Below, in pieces: positions 45,273-54,873 of a DNA stretch of 64,000 nucleotides. Source of the stretch: Halioglobus sp. (lineage in GTDB: Bacteria > Pseudomonadota > Gammaproteobacteria > Pseudomonadales > Halieaceae). A model generated the notes under the pieces. The model ran no database searches, was not told the DNA's origin, and was given only the letters and a program-made list of their open reading frames with translations. Each line of letters begins with the position of its first letter. The stretch's first letter is position 1. The DNA lies in the NCBI GenBank assembly GCA_036960305.1, contig JBALWA010000007.1:14126-78125 (forward strand). Reading direction: 5' to 3'. The position numbers were made by a program, and so were the translations under genes.

Positions 45273-46007
45273 ATGGTCTATTCTGCATTATTGCTATGCA
45301 TAGCATTGTTATGGGGTTTCGAATTGGCAACTAACAGGCAACCAGTTGAACGCGACAAAGCTGTCCTTCGTCGACAGCACATTTTGGAGACGGCCGAAAG
45401 ACTCTTTGCAGAACGCGGTGTAGAGAATGTCTCGCTGAACGAGATTAACAAGACGGCGGGCCAGAAGAATACATCGGCCCTGCACTATCACTTTAGTAAC
45501 CGGCAGGGTTTGCTGTATGCCATTGTTGATCAGCATAGCGACGAGTTGCGACCCAAGATTGCAGCGCGCCTTGGTAAATTGGAGCGTGTGTCGGACAGTA
45601 CACCTGATCCTCACGACTTCGTAAGTTCTTACATAGGTCCGTATGTTCAGAAGCTCAGTAATGTTCGGGGTGTTCGATTCTTGCAAATCATGGCTATGAT
45701 GCTGACCAGTGATCCCATTCGCGCTGTTGTATTACGAGATACGAAAACCACGGAAGACCTACGGCCTCGTATTCAAGCATTGATGAATAGCTTCCTGATC
45801 GACTTGAGCCAAGAAGAAAGAAACATGCGGGCGCTGTCGTTTGGTTTGTTGATGTTCAGCACGCTCTCTGCCTATAGCCATTTGGACAAGTCATCAGCGA
45901 AGGCCATATTTGGCAGCAAAACAAAATTTGTCCAGCACCTTAAAGCTATCCTCGTTGCGGTACTGACAGCTGAGCGTGGCGAGACAGATACTGGCCCGAC
46001 TCGATAG
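45273..46007 (+). CDS. TetR-family transcriptional regulator
   Basis: HTH RRQHILETAERLFAERGVENVSLNEINKTAGQKNTSALHYHFSNRQGL. The start is uncertain: the first ~20 listed residues are hydrophobic and lack an SD, so a downstream TTG near 45324 is possible. Confidence 0.8.
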   Translation: MVYSALLLCIALLWGFELATNRQPVERDKAVLRRQHILETAERLFAERGVENVSLNEINKTAGQKNTSALHYHFSNRQGLLYAIVDQHSDELRPKIAARLGKLERVSDSTPDPHDFVSSYIGPYVQKLSNVRGVRFLQIMAMMLTSDPIRAVVLRDTKTTEDLRPRIQALMNSFLIDLSQEERNMRALSFGLLMFSTLSAYSHLDKSSAKAIFGSKTKFVQHLKAILVAVLTAERGETDTGPTR

Positions 46008-46015
46008 GCTTAGGT

Positions 46016-47551
46016 TTAGGCATTCAAACCGACACCGGCATACCTTATCCCCGTCAGTTCTGCCATCTCCTTCTTCCAGGTAGTCAGGTCTTCGATACTG
46101 AACTGATCCAGTGCATTATGACCGCACGCTCTTGCCATTACCTGCATCAGTTCAGTGGAAGCGCTGAAAAAGTTGTGCAGTCGGGTCGCACCTTTTTCCA
46201 CATCCATACGCTTGCGCAACTCGGGGTCCTGGGTGGCAATGCCCGCGGGGCAGTTGTTGGTGTTACACATTCGTGCAGCGACACAGCCGATCGCCTGCAT
46301 GGCGGAGTTGGATATCGCGACGCCGTCAGCTCCCAGACACAGCGCCTTAATAAAGTCTGCGGGTGTGCGCAATCCTCCAGTGATAATCAGCGTAACATCA
46401 CCTCGATTCAAACTGTCCAGATGGCGCCGCGCCCTGGCCAATGCGGGTATGGTGGGAACAGAAATATTATCCCTGAAAATTAGCGGGGCAGCGCCGGTGC
46501 CTCCGCCCCGGCCATCCAGAATGATGTAATCGGCAGTGGCTTCCAGGGCAAAATCAATATCCTTCTCAATATGGTTTGCGGACAACTTGAAGCCTATGGG
46601 AACTCCCCCACTGATTTCCCTGACCCGCTGGGCGATTTCGCGGAAGTCCGCTGGGGATTGAAGGCCGACAAAAGTCGGTGGTGATATGGCGTCTGTATGC
46701 TCTGGTAGTCCACGCACCTGGGCGATTTTACCCGTGACCTTGCGTCCAGGAAGATGCCCGCCTGTTCCGGTCTTGGCGCCCTGCCCCCCCTTGAAATGGA
46801 ATGCCTGCACCTGGGACATCAGCTCTTCCCGATAGCCGAACTTTGCGGAGGCCAGCTCATAAAAATAGCGGCTATTGGCCTGCTGTTCTTCCGGTAACAT
46901 GCCGCCCTCACCGGAACAAATTCCTGTGCCTGCTCGCTGGGCCCCTGTGGCCAATGCAATCTTCGCTTCCTCTGACAATGCACCGAAACTCATATCAGAT
47001 ACAAATAGCGGGATATCCAGTTTCAAGGGCTTATCAGCGTTGGGGCCTATCACCAATCCGGTGTTAACCGGGTCGCCTTCCATCAGTGGCTTGGTCGCAA
47101 ACTGCGCGACAAGCAATTGGATGTCATCCCAGTGTGGCAACTCGCTTCGCGGTACGCCCATGGACGCCATGGGGCCGTGATGCCCCACCTTACGCAGTCC
47201 ATCTTCCGCTAGTGCGTGGATATACTCGACGGTTGGTTCTTCAGGCGTAGCCTGAGCCTTGGGTGAAGAACCAGACTCCACAGGCGCCATCTCCTTGCCA
47301 ATATCAGTACTTTGAAGGTTTTTATGGGAGCCGTCGCAATAGGGAGGGTTAGCTGTCTGTTTGCATTGGCACAGATAGGCTTCCCCATCTTCTTTTGCAG
47401 TAAAGCTTGCCGGTGAGATATCAGTGCCGCGGTGCGAACCATCACAGAAAGGCTGGGAAGAGGACCGCCCGCACTGACACCAATAATATTCCTGGTCCGC
47501 CTTCAGTTCAGCTGCGATAGGTTTGACATCGTAAATGATGGGCTTGGACAT
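46016..47551 (-). CDS. Glutamate-synthase-like FMN domain protein fused to two N-terminal CDGSH iron-sulfur motifs
   Basis: CQCGRSSSQPFCDGSH and CQCKQTANPPYCDGSH both fit C-x-C-x2-(S/T)-x3-P-x-C-D-G-S-H. The remainder has GltS FMN-domain motifs (GGQGAKTGTGGHLPG, ILDGRGGGTGAAP). AGGAAAG SD. Confidence 0.8.
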   Translation of the reverse strand: MSKPIIYDVKPIAAELKADQEYYWCQCGRSSSQPFCDGSHRGTDISPASFTAKEDGEAYLCQCKQTANPPYCDGSHKNLQSTDIGKEMAPVESGSSPKAQATPEEPTVEYIHALAEDGLRKVGHHGPMASMGVPRSELPHWDDIQLLVAQFATKPLMEGDPVNTGLVIGPNADKPLKLDIPLFVSDMSFGALSEEAKIALATGAQRAGTGICSGEGGMLPEEQQANSRYFYELASAKFGYREELMSQVQAFHFKGGQGAKTGTGGHLPGRKVTGKIAQVRGLPEHTDAISPPTFVGLQSPADFREIAQRVREISGGVPIGFKLSANHIEKDIDFALEATADYIILDGRGGGTGAAPLIFRDNISVPTIPALARARRHLDSLNRGDVTLIITGGLRTPADFIKALCLGADGVAISNSAMQAIGCVAARMCNTNNCPAGIATQDPELRKRMDVEKGATRLHNFFSASTELMQVMARACGHNALDQFSIEDLTTWKKEMAELTGIRYAGVGLNA

Positions 47552-47565
47552 TTTTCTTTCCTTGT

Positions 47566-48405
47566 TTATGCCACGAGTCGTCCGGCGTTGTAATCTTGAA
47601 TCGCCTGTTCAATTTCTTCAGCGGTATTCATAACAAACGGCCCGTACTGGCTAATGGGCTCCTGGATTGGCGTACCGGCTAGTAACAATACCCTGGCGCC
47701 TTGTTCAGATGCGGTCACTGACAACGCGTCCCCCTGTTGGTAAATGCCCATCTGTCCTTCAGTCAAGTCAGTCGTTCCACCACTGAACACCAGTAGTAAC
47801 ACGGTTTGTTGTGGCTTAACAGCCAGTTCCCAACGTGCGCCAGGCTGCAAATCAATATCGAGATAGGTTGGCTGTGTGCTGCTTTCGGCCACGGGCCCGT
47901 ATTCGGTGCCACCTGGAAGGGAAAGTGAACCTGCGATTAGCTTTACGCTAACCCCCTCCTCCGGACTGACAACGGGGATTTCCTTACTGGCATATTCCTG
48001 ATAAGCAGCAGGTTTCATCTTCTCACTAGAAGGCAAATTCAGCCAGAGCTGGAATCCGTGTAACAAGCCGTCGGTTTGTTCGGGCATTTCTGAATGTATA
48101 ACGCCTCTTCCAGCGGTCATCCACTGTACATCTCCGCTGGCGATGACGCCCTCGTTACCCAGGTGATCCTTGTGCCGCATGGCACCGTCGATCATGTAGG
48201 TGATGGTTTCAAATCCGCGATGGGGATGAGAGGGGAAGCCGCCTACATAGTCGGCGCCGTCCTCGGATCGTATTTCGTCGAGCATCAGGAAAGGGTCGAT
48301 TTGCGCCATTACATCACGGCCCGCTATTCGACGGATTTTCACCCCGTCACCATCCGATGAGGGTCTGGCATTTATTACCCGCTGTAGTGTTCGATACTTT
48401 TTCAT
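47566..48405 (-). CDS. Pirin family protein
   Basis: GFPSHPHRGFETITYMIDG, VQWMTAGRGVIHSEMP and the C-terminal GPFVMNTAEEIEQAIQDYNAG are canonical pirin motifs. Confidence 0.9.
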   Translation of the reverse strand: MKKYRTLQRVINARPSSDGDGVKIRRIAGRDVMAQIDPFLMLDEIRSEDGADYVGGFPSHPHRGFETITYMIDGAMRHKDHLGNEGVIASGDVQWMTAGRGVIHSEMPEQTDGLLHGFQLWLNLPSSEKMKPAAYQEYASKEIPVVSPEEGVSVKLIAGSLSLPGGTEYGPVAESSTQPTYLDIDLQPGARWELAVKPQQTVLLLVFSGGTTDLTEGQMGIYQQGDALSVTASEQGARVLLLAGTPIQEPISQYGPFVMNTAEEIEQAIQDYNAGRLVA

Positions 48406-48418
48406 TGTAATGCCCTCC

Positions 48419-49411
48419 TCAGGCCGCGCTTTCTGAAGCTGCGCTCAATTTTGCTCTATTGTGTGGTCTACTGAAATCGATTTCCTGCCCCAGTGGCACG
48501 ATACCGGTAGGGTTAATCGTCCCGTGGCTGCCGTAATAATGCTGTTTGATGTAAGGCATATCTACTGTGGCCGCGACGCCAGTTTGCTGAAACAAGTCGC
48601 GTACATAGCCGGAGATATTGTCGTAGTCTTCAATACGCTGCTGATTGGCCTTAAAGTGACCGAAATACACCGCATCAAAACGCACCAGCGTGGTGAACAG
48701 ACGCCAGTCTGCTTCGGTAATACGGTCACCACACAGGTACCGTTGAGTCTCCAGTCGCAGCTCTATCTTGTCCAGTGCATCGAAAATTTCAAAGTATGCG
48801 GACTCATAGGCCTGCTGTGTTGTTGCAAATCCCGCCCGATACACCCCGTTATTGATAGTGGGATAGATCCAGTCGTTCAGCTGATCAATCTCCGCGTGCA
48901 GCTCCGCCGGGTAGTACTCATCGCTATTACCGGTGATCTCGTTAAAGGCGCTGTTCAGCATGCGGATAATTTCGGCGGACTCATTGCTGACAATGGTCTG
49001 GCGCTGCTTGTCCCAAAGTATGGGCACGGTTACGCGACTGGTCACAGTCGGGTTGGCCTTTGTGTAGATCTCGTGCAGGTATTGCCGCCCGTAGAGATGA
49101 TCCGGATACTGCTCGGAGAAAGTCCAGCCATGCTCCATCATCAGGGGTTCGACCACAGAAACACTGATAAGCTCTTCCAGCCCCTTCAGTTGACGCAGAA
49201 TCAAGGTCCGGTGCGCCCAGGGGCACGCAAGGGAAACGTAGAGGTGATAACGACCAGCCTCTGCTTCGAATCCACCATTGCCGGTAGGTCCGGGTGAGCC
49301 GTCAGGAGTAACCCAGTGGCGAAACAAACTCTCCTGGCGCTTGAATTCCCCCTTGTTGCTTTCAGTTTCGTACCATTGATCAGCCCACTTACCATCTATT
49401 AACAAGCCCAT
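48419..49411 (-). CDS. yqjG: Glutathionyl-hydroquinone reductase (Xi-class GST, YqjG type)
   Basis: FEAEAGRYHLYVSLACPWAHRTLI (CPWA motif), VPILWDK and DWRLFTTLVRFDAVY. 330 aa. Confidence 0.85.
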   Translation of the reverse strand: MGLLIDGKWADQWYETESNKGEFKRQESLFRHWVTPDGSPGPTGNGGFEAEAGRYHLYVSLACPWAHRTLILRQLKGLEELISVSVVEPLMMEHGWTFSEQYPDHLYGRQYLHEIYTKANPTVTSRVTVPILWDKQRQTIVSNESAEIIRMLNSAFNEITGNSDEYYPAELHAEIDQLNDWIYPTINNGVYRAGFATTQQAYESAYFEIFDALDKIELRLETQRYLCGDRITEADWRLFTTLVRFDAVYFGHFKANQQRIEDYDNISGYVRDLFQQTGVAATVDMPYIKQHYYGSHGTINPTGIVPLGQEIDFSRPHNRAKLSAASESAA

Positions 49412-49531
49412 TACAGCCTCCTGAATTAGTAATTACATCGAATGTTTAAACTCATTAAAGCCATTATATAGTTGATACATTCATTTAATAGCGGTATAGA
49501 TTGACTGAATTGTTCAAATATTTTGATCTAT

Positions 49532-50443
49532 ATGAAATTACCAATTAGCCTTGAAGCTCTGGAAGTCATCGATGCCATTGACCGCAAGGGGAGTTTTGCA
49601 GCGGCTGCTACGGTACTGCATAAAGTGCCCTCAGCCATATCCTATACCGTGCAGAAGCTAGAACAGGACCTGGGTGTCACCCTGTTCCAAAAAGAGGGAC
49701 GCAAAGCCGTTCTAACCTCAGCCGGGCGGCACCTGGTGGAACAGGGTCGACATTTGTTAATGGCAGCTGATGAACTCGCAGCAGGCACGCGGCAAATCGC
49801 AACAGGCTGGGAGCCCCGTTTTCGGATCGCCGTGGAGACGATAGTGCCTTTGGGGGTCGTATTACCACTGATCGCCGATCTACAAGCCGTTCAGCCCGGT
49901 GTCGAGGTTTCCCTATATACCGAGGTGCTTGCGGGAACCTGGGAGGCACTGGTCGAGAACCGTGTCGATCTGGTGATTGGCGCTGCAGGCGATGTGCCGG
50001 GACACAAGGGCATTCGTTGCGAGGAATGGCGCAGCATCAAGCATATTTTCGTGGCCGCTCCAGATCACCCGCTGTGCACAGAGACCGCGCCGATTAGTGT
50101 CGATGCCGTACAGCAATACCGCGCAATTATTATCAGAGACACCTCACAAAACTCAGCGTCACTTTCCCGGGGAATACTCAATCAGAAAACCGCGATCTAC
50201 GTACCAACTATGGAAGCAAAGATAGAGGCGCACCGTCTGGGCCTTGGGGTGGGCTATGTGCCGGAAGATCAGGTAGCCGACGACTTGGCGGCTGGCAGAC
50301 TGGTCGCACTGAAATTGGCCGAGCCCAGAGAAGACGGACCACTCATGCTGGGTTGGAAAGCGAGTAATCGAGGTCAGGCGCTACAATTTTTGTTAGAGCG
50401 CCTTCGAGAGCCATTGACCATTGACCAAACTTACTCGATATAG
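49532..50443 (+). CDS. LysR-family transcriptional regulator
   Basis: LEALEVIDAIDRKGSFAAAATVLHKVPSAISYTVQKLEQDLGVTLF HTH, followed by a substrate-binding domain. It is divergent from yqjG. I chose the ATG at 49532; the listed 49523 codon is TTG. Confidence 0.85.
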   Translation: MKLPISLEALEVIDAIDRKGSFAAAATVLHKVPSAISYTVQKLEQDLGVTLFQKEGRKAVLTSAGRHLVEQGRHLLMAADELAAGTRQIATGWEPRFRIAVETIVPLGVVLPLIADLQAVQPGVEVSLYTEVLAGTWEALVENRVDLVIGAAGDVPGHKGIRCEEWRSIKHIFVAAPDHPLCTETAPISVDAVQQYRAIIIRDTSQNSASLSRGILNQKTAIYVPTMEAKIEAHRLGLGVGYVPEDQVADDLAAGRLVALKLAEPREDGPLMLGWKASNRGQALQFLLERLREPLTIDQTYSI

Positions 50444-51399
50444 AACTGTTCAAACCACTTCCGATTGCGCGTAATCGGCCCGTCGCCATCACACAGTACC
50501 GGGTTGGCCTGATAAACCTTCTCTTCCCATATTGGTACGTCTTCATAAACGCCCTGGGACATATATGCCAGCACCGATTTTCCGGCATCATCTGCTTCGA
50601 TATTTTTGCTCAGCACCATGGACCAACGGACGTGCGTCTGGTCACCTTCCATAGGCGTTGCAACGTGGTAGAGCACGAATTCACCGAACACCTCAGGATC
50701 TGCACTGGGAACACCAGTAGCGTGTACAGTTACGCTGCCTGGTCCATGTGAATAACGGTGCAGAAGGTACTCGGCATCCGGATCGGCGTCTCCTTCAATG
50801 TGCTCGAGTACATGCTGCATACCCGAGGTGGAGGTTTTTATGGGGCCATCAAATGTCGACTCGGTTTCGTACAGCCCCTGAGTGCCATGCAGGTAGGGAA
50901 AGTGCGCGTGGTCAACATCGTTTTCGGCAATCTCCTGAATACAGGTCGGGAGGGTAAACTCTTGATAGTGCACCTCGCCCCATCCCTCACGGTCACCGTT
51001 TAGCGCATCGATAAACTGAACGTCGTAGTGCGGAGCTACATTTGCAGGGTGATGCCAGCCCATAATCATTCCGTTGATTTCACGAACCGGGATTGCATTG
51101 GTGCGTGCCTTATCAGGAATTTTTTTGGCATAGGGGATGGCCGTGCACTCACCTTCACCATTCCACTGCCAGTGGTGGAATGCGCAACGCACAGTTTCTC
51201 CAACCACGGTGCCCTGATGAAGGGCTGCGCCTAGATGCGGGCAGTAATTATCTATAGCAGCGGCTTCACCTGATTCGGTACGAAATACAGCCAGGTCACG
51301 CCCTGCCAATCGGACTTTCTTCAGTTCACCGGGGGCCAGTTCATGCGCATAGCACAGACCGAACCAGCCGGAGGGCATTGGAAAGGGGAAAGTAGCCAT
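50431..51399 (-). CDS. Rieske [2Fe-2S] non-heme-iron oxygenase (KshA/Neverland-like alpha subunit)
   Basis: Rieske motif CPHLGAALHQG...CAFHHWQW, and a mononuclear-iron region ENDVDHAHFPYLHG. Its 3' end overlaps the convergent LysR gene by 13 nt. Confidence 0.8.
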   Translation of the reverse strand: MATFPFPMPSGWFGLCYAHELAPGELKKVRLAGRDLAVFRTESGEAAAIDNYCPHLGAALHQGTVVGETVRCAFHHWQWNGEGECTAIPYAKKIPDKARTNAIPVREINGMIMGWHHPANVAPHYDVQFIDALNGDREGWGEVHYQEFTLPTCIQEIAENDVDHAHFPYLHGTQGLYETESTFDGPIKTSTSGMQHVLEHIEGDADPDAEYLLHRYSHGPGSVTVHATGVPSADPEVFGEFVLYHVATPMEGDQTHVRWSMVLSKNIEADDAGKSVLAYMSQGVYEDVPIWEEKVYQANPVLCDGDGPITRNRKWFEQFYIE

Positions 51400-51572
51400 A
51401 GAATCATCCTGAAGGGGTATGTTGCAATCATCGGGTTTGCCGCTTATGCCTCATGACACAGCGATACACTGTCCATATTCTAAGCTTCGTTAGCCCCGTT
51501 ACCACATTGTGAGAGCGGCCAGAATTCTTTGACGAATTGGGTTATCTGTAAAAATGACTCTGTGGTGACCCG

Positions 51573-51589
51573 ATCACAACGGTTGTGAT
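51573..51589. promoter_or_regulatory. Perfect 8-1-8 palindrome ATCACAAC-G-GTTGTGAT, candidate operator upstream of the matB-like gene
   Basis: It lies 54 nt upstream of ATG 51643, in the divergent region shared with the Rieske oxygenase gene. Confidence 0.4.
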
Positions 51590-51642
51590 TACAGCCTGGA
51601 TACACAATGATGTAATACCCTAATGCACCCAAAGAGGACGGG

Positions 51643-53163
51643 ATGACAGATCACAATCTTTACAGCATATTCAACAATCGTTTCCCGAATGACCGCAGCA
51701 GAATTGCGCTGGAAACGCCCAGCCGGAGGAAGATCACCTTCGCCGAACTGGAATCGGCCTCCGCCAAGATGGCCAACCTGCTTACGGTAAACGGCCTACG
51801 ACCCGGAGACCGGGTCAGTGTTCAGATCGACAAGTCCCCCGAGGGTGTATTTCTCTATCTCGCCTGTCTGCGCGCCGGCCTGGTTTATCACCCGCTCAAC
51901 ACCGCCTACCAGCGCAGTGAGTTGGCCTATTTCCTTGAGAACGCCGAGCCTTCTGCAATCGTATGCTCTACCCCTTACCTCGAAGTTTTGAGCGAGCTGT
52001 CGAATGACCAGGGTATCGACCCGCTCCTGACTCTGGATGCCGATGGTAGCGGCAGCCTGACAACACTTAGCCAAGTGCTGGATGATCAGTTCGCCACCGT
52101 GCCCCGTGCCGCCGATGACATGGCGGCCCTGCTGTATTCCTCCGGCACCACCGGTCGGCCCAAGGGCATTATGCTAAGCCATGAGAACCTGTCTGCCAAC
52201 GCTATCGCCCTCGTTGATTTGTGGGGGTTCTCTTCCGGGGATGTACTGTTACATGCCCTGCCCATTTTTCATGTGCACGGCTTGTTCGTCGCCATCAACT
52301 GCGCCTTGATGAGCGCTTGCAAGATGCTTTACTTACCGGCCTATCAGCCACAGGAGGTCATACGCAATCTGCCGGCCTGTACCGTTATGATGGGTGTGCC
52401 AACCTATTACACGCGTCTGCTTACAGATGAGCGCTTCACGCGGGCAAGCTGCGCCAATATGCGGCTCTTCATCTCGGGTTCTGCTCCCTTACTGGAGGAG
52501 ACTTTCCGGGAATTCGAACTGCGCACAGGCCATGTCATTCTTGAGCGCTATGGCATGTCAGAAACCAGCATGAATACTTCCAACCCCCTGCACGGTGAGC
52601 GAAAGGCCGGTACTGTTGGCCCTCCCCTACCCGGCGTAACGGTGAGGATCGTCGATGCAAGCGGCAAAGCGCTACCGCCTGGCGAGACTGGCGACTTGCA
52701 GGTCACGGGCCCCAACGTCTTTTCAGGCTACTGGAGAATGCCGGACAAGACTGCTGAAGATTTTACTGACGACGGTTTTTTCAACACCGGAGACAAGGGA
52801 GTCATTGATACAGATGGCTATGTCTCCATCGTAGGACGAGCCAAAGATATGGTGATCAGCGGCGGTCTCAACGTCTATCCTAAAGAGGTCGAACTGGTTG
52901 TCGATAGCTGCCCCGGCGTTCTGGAGTCGGCCGTCATCGGCATCCCGCACCCGGATTTTGGCGAAGCCGTCATCGCAGTGGTTGTCCCGGAGAAAGGTGC
53001 GCTTGCCAAGGAGCAGGAAATTATTGCCACCTGCCGCAACGAATTGGCGAATTTCAAGAGACCTAAAGCTATTGTAATAGTTGACGAGCTACCACGCAAC
53101 GCTATGGGTAAGGTACAAAAATCCGCTCTGCGTAGCCAATACGCAGAGGTTTTGAAAAAATAA
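51643..53163 (+). CDS. matB: Malonyl-CoA synthetase-like AMP-forming ligase
   Basis: GLRPGDRVSVQIDKSPEGVFLYLACLRAGLVYHPLNTAYQRSELAYFLENAEP closely parallels my recollection of the rhizobial MatB N-terminus. AMP motifs LLYSSGTTGRPKG, GYW and GRAKDMVISGG. Confidence 0.75.
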   Translation: MTDHNLYSIFNNRFPNDRSRIALETPSRRKITFAELESASAKMANLLTVNGLRPGDRVSVQIDKSPEGVFLYLACLRAGLVYHPLNTAYQRSELAYFLENAEPSAIVCSTPYLEVLSELSNDQGIDPLLTLDADGSGSLTTLSQVLDDQFATVPRAADDMAALLYSSGTTGRPKGIMLSHENLSANAIALVDLWGFSSGDVLLHALPIFHVHGLFVAINCALMSACKMLYLPAYQPQEVIRNLPACTVMMGVPTYYTRLLTDERFTRASCANMRLFISGSAPLLEETFREFELRTGHVILERYGMSETSMNTSNPLHGERKAGTVGPPLPGVTVRIVDASGKALPPGETGDLQVTGPNVFSGYWRMPDKTAEDFTDDGFFNTGDKGVIDTDGYVSIVGRAKDMVISGGLNVYPKEVELVVDSCPGVLESAVIGIPHPDFGEAVIAVVVPEKGALAKEQEIIATCRNELANFKRPKAIVIVDELPRNAMGKVQKSALRSQYAEVLKK

Positions 53164-53198
53164 ACGCTATGCTAAACGATAGGATATCGCCCCTTGCC

Positions 53199-54728
53199 TT
53201 ACTTAAATTTTTCCCTGATAGCCACTTTGTCCACTTTACCGACCGCCGTCAGGGGAATGCTGTGGACGAAGGCAACTGACTTGGGAATTTTGTAACCGGC
53301 CAGGAAGTTTTTACAATGGCCGATGACGTCCTGCTCGCTGAGTGAGGTACCGTCCTTCAGGATGACCTCCGCATGTACCCTCTCGCCCCACTTGTCGTCT
53401 GGAATTCCGATAAGCGCACTTTGCTCGACGCCCGGGTGTTGCATGATGATACTCTCTACTTCAGCTGAATAAACGTTTTCCCCCCCGGTGATAATCATAT
53501 CCTTGATACGGTCCACGACGTGGAGATAGCCGTCTTCCGTCAAGTAGCCTGCATCGCCTGTTATCAGCCAACCATCTACGAGGGTCTCAGCGGTCTTCTC
53601 AGGCATATTGAGGTAGCCCAGCATAAGCGGAGGGCCTGACAGGGCAATCTCCCCCACTTCACCTCTAGGAAGCGCATTGCTATCCGTATCGCGGATCTCG
53701 ATGCCGATACCATAGCAGCCGGTACCAGCTGAGCGGGTTCTGCCGGAGGCGACCCCCTCTGCAGTGTGGTCGCAGTCATGCAGCACAGATATCGGCAAAC
53801 CCTCCGTCTGCCCGTAGACCTGCATAAAATCAACCCCGGGCAGTGCTTCCTTGAGCTCCATTAACAAGGTTTCGTCAATGGGAGAGCCACCATAACGAAT
53901 ATACTGAAGCGAACTGAGATCATAGTTGGCAAAGTCCGGATGATGCAGCAACATTTGCCACATAGTCGGAACCATGAAGGCTTGCAATATTTTCTGGCCC
54001 TGGATTGTCTCCATTACAGCAACAGGGTCGTATGCCGGCAGGATGTACAGGGTATTGCCAAGCATCAGGCCGGCATTTGAGACACCGATACCGGAAATGT
54101 GAAACAAGGGCATGGTCATCAGTGTAGGGCCACGCGTGAAGAGGTTTTCAGCGATGCACATGCCCAGAGCGGCGGCGTGACTGGCATGGGAATGAATCAC
54201 GCCCTTGCCTTTTCCGGTTGTGCCGCCGGTGTAGTTAAGAAACGCCATCTCGTGATCGCCTACAGATTGGTCCTCGATTGACGTGGCCTCGGCAAGGATG
54301 TCTGAGAAGTTCAAAACACCCTCCGGAAGCGTCGCCTGTTCTTCGATGAGAATCACATGCTCGACAGCTGGACAGCGTGTTTTCAACTCCAATCCCATCG
54401 GGAGGAACATCTTGTCTACCAACAAAATGGAAGGGGAAAAATCATCGACCGAAGCGCTCAGTTCGAATACCGACCATCGGATATTCAGGTAATTGGGGAC
54501 CTTGCCAGCCCACATCGCCCCATAAAACCCGATGATGGCCCTGTCGCAGTTGAGAGATAGTATTCCCACACTGCCTCCCTGGGAGGGGGACAGATTCACA
54601 AACGCGCCGGCGCATCGGGACACTTCCTCGTACAGTTCGCTATAGCTGGTCTGGCGATCCGCAAAAGACAGGGCGAGTTTATCGCCATACATGTGCTTGC
54701 CGCGATGAATACTCTGAGTGGCCGACAT
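53199..54728 (-). CDS. Acyl-CoA synthetase / AMP-dependent ligase
   Basis: LNYTGGTTGKGKG, QVYGQTE, TGDAGYLTEDGYLHVVDRIKDMIITGGENVY and PLTAVGKVDK, the class I adenylate-forming motifs. Confidence 0.8.
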   Translation of the reverse strand: MSATQSIHRGKHMYGDKLALSFADRQTSYSELYEEVSRCAGAFVNLSPSQGGSVGILSLNCDRAIIGFYGAMWAGKVPNYLNIRWSVFELSASVDDFSPSILLVDKMFLPMGLELKTRCPAVEHVILIEEQATLPEGVLNFSDILAEATSIEDQSVGDHEMAFLNYTGGTTGKGKGVIHSHASHAAALGMCIAENLFTRGPTLMTMPLFHISGIGVSNAGLMLGNTLYILPAYDPVAVMETIQGQKILQAFMVPTMWQMLLHHPDFANYDLSSLQYIRYGGSPIDETLLMELKEALPGVDFMQVYGQTEGLPISVLHDCDHTAEGVASGRTRSAGTGCYGIGIEIRDTDSNALPRGEVGEIALSGPPLMLGYLNMPEKTAETLVDGWLITGDAGYLTEDGYLHVVDRIKDMIITGGENVYSAEVESIIMQHPGVEQSALIGIPDDKWGERVHAEVILKDGTSLSEQDVIGHCKNFLAGYKIPKSVAFVHSIPLTAVGKVDKVAIREKFK

Positions 54729-54873
54729 ATTTGAATTCCTTGTTTATCAACGGTGACTATTTGTTAAAGTTTTTATCAAGAATATTGAGCGTAGTACAGA
54801 CCAGCGAAACGTTCCATAGCGAAGTAATCTCGCGCGTGGTACCAGTGAGTCTGCCCGAAACGGTGCCAATGGC

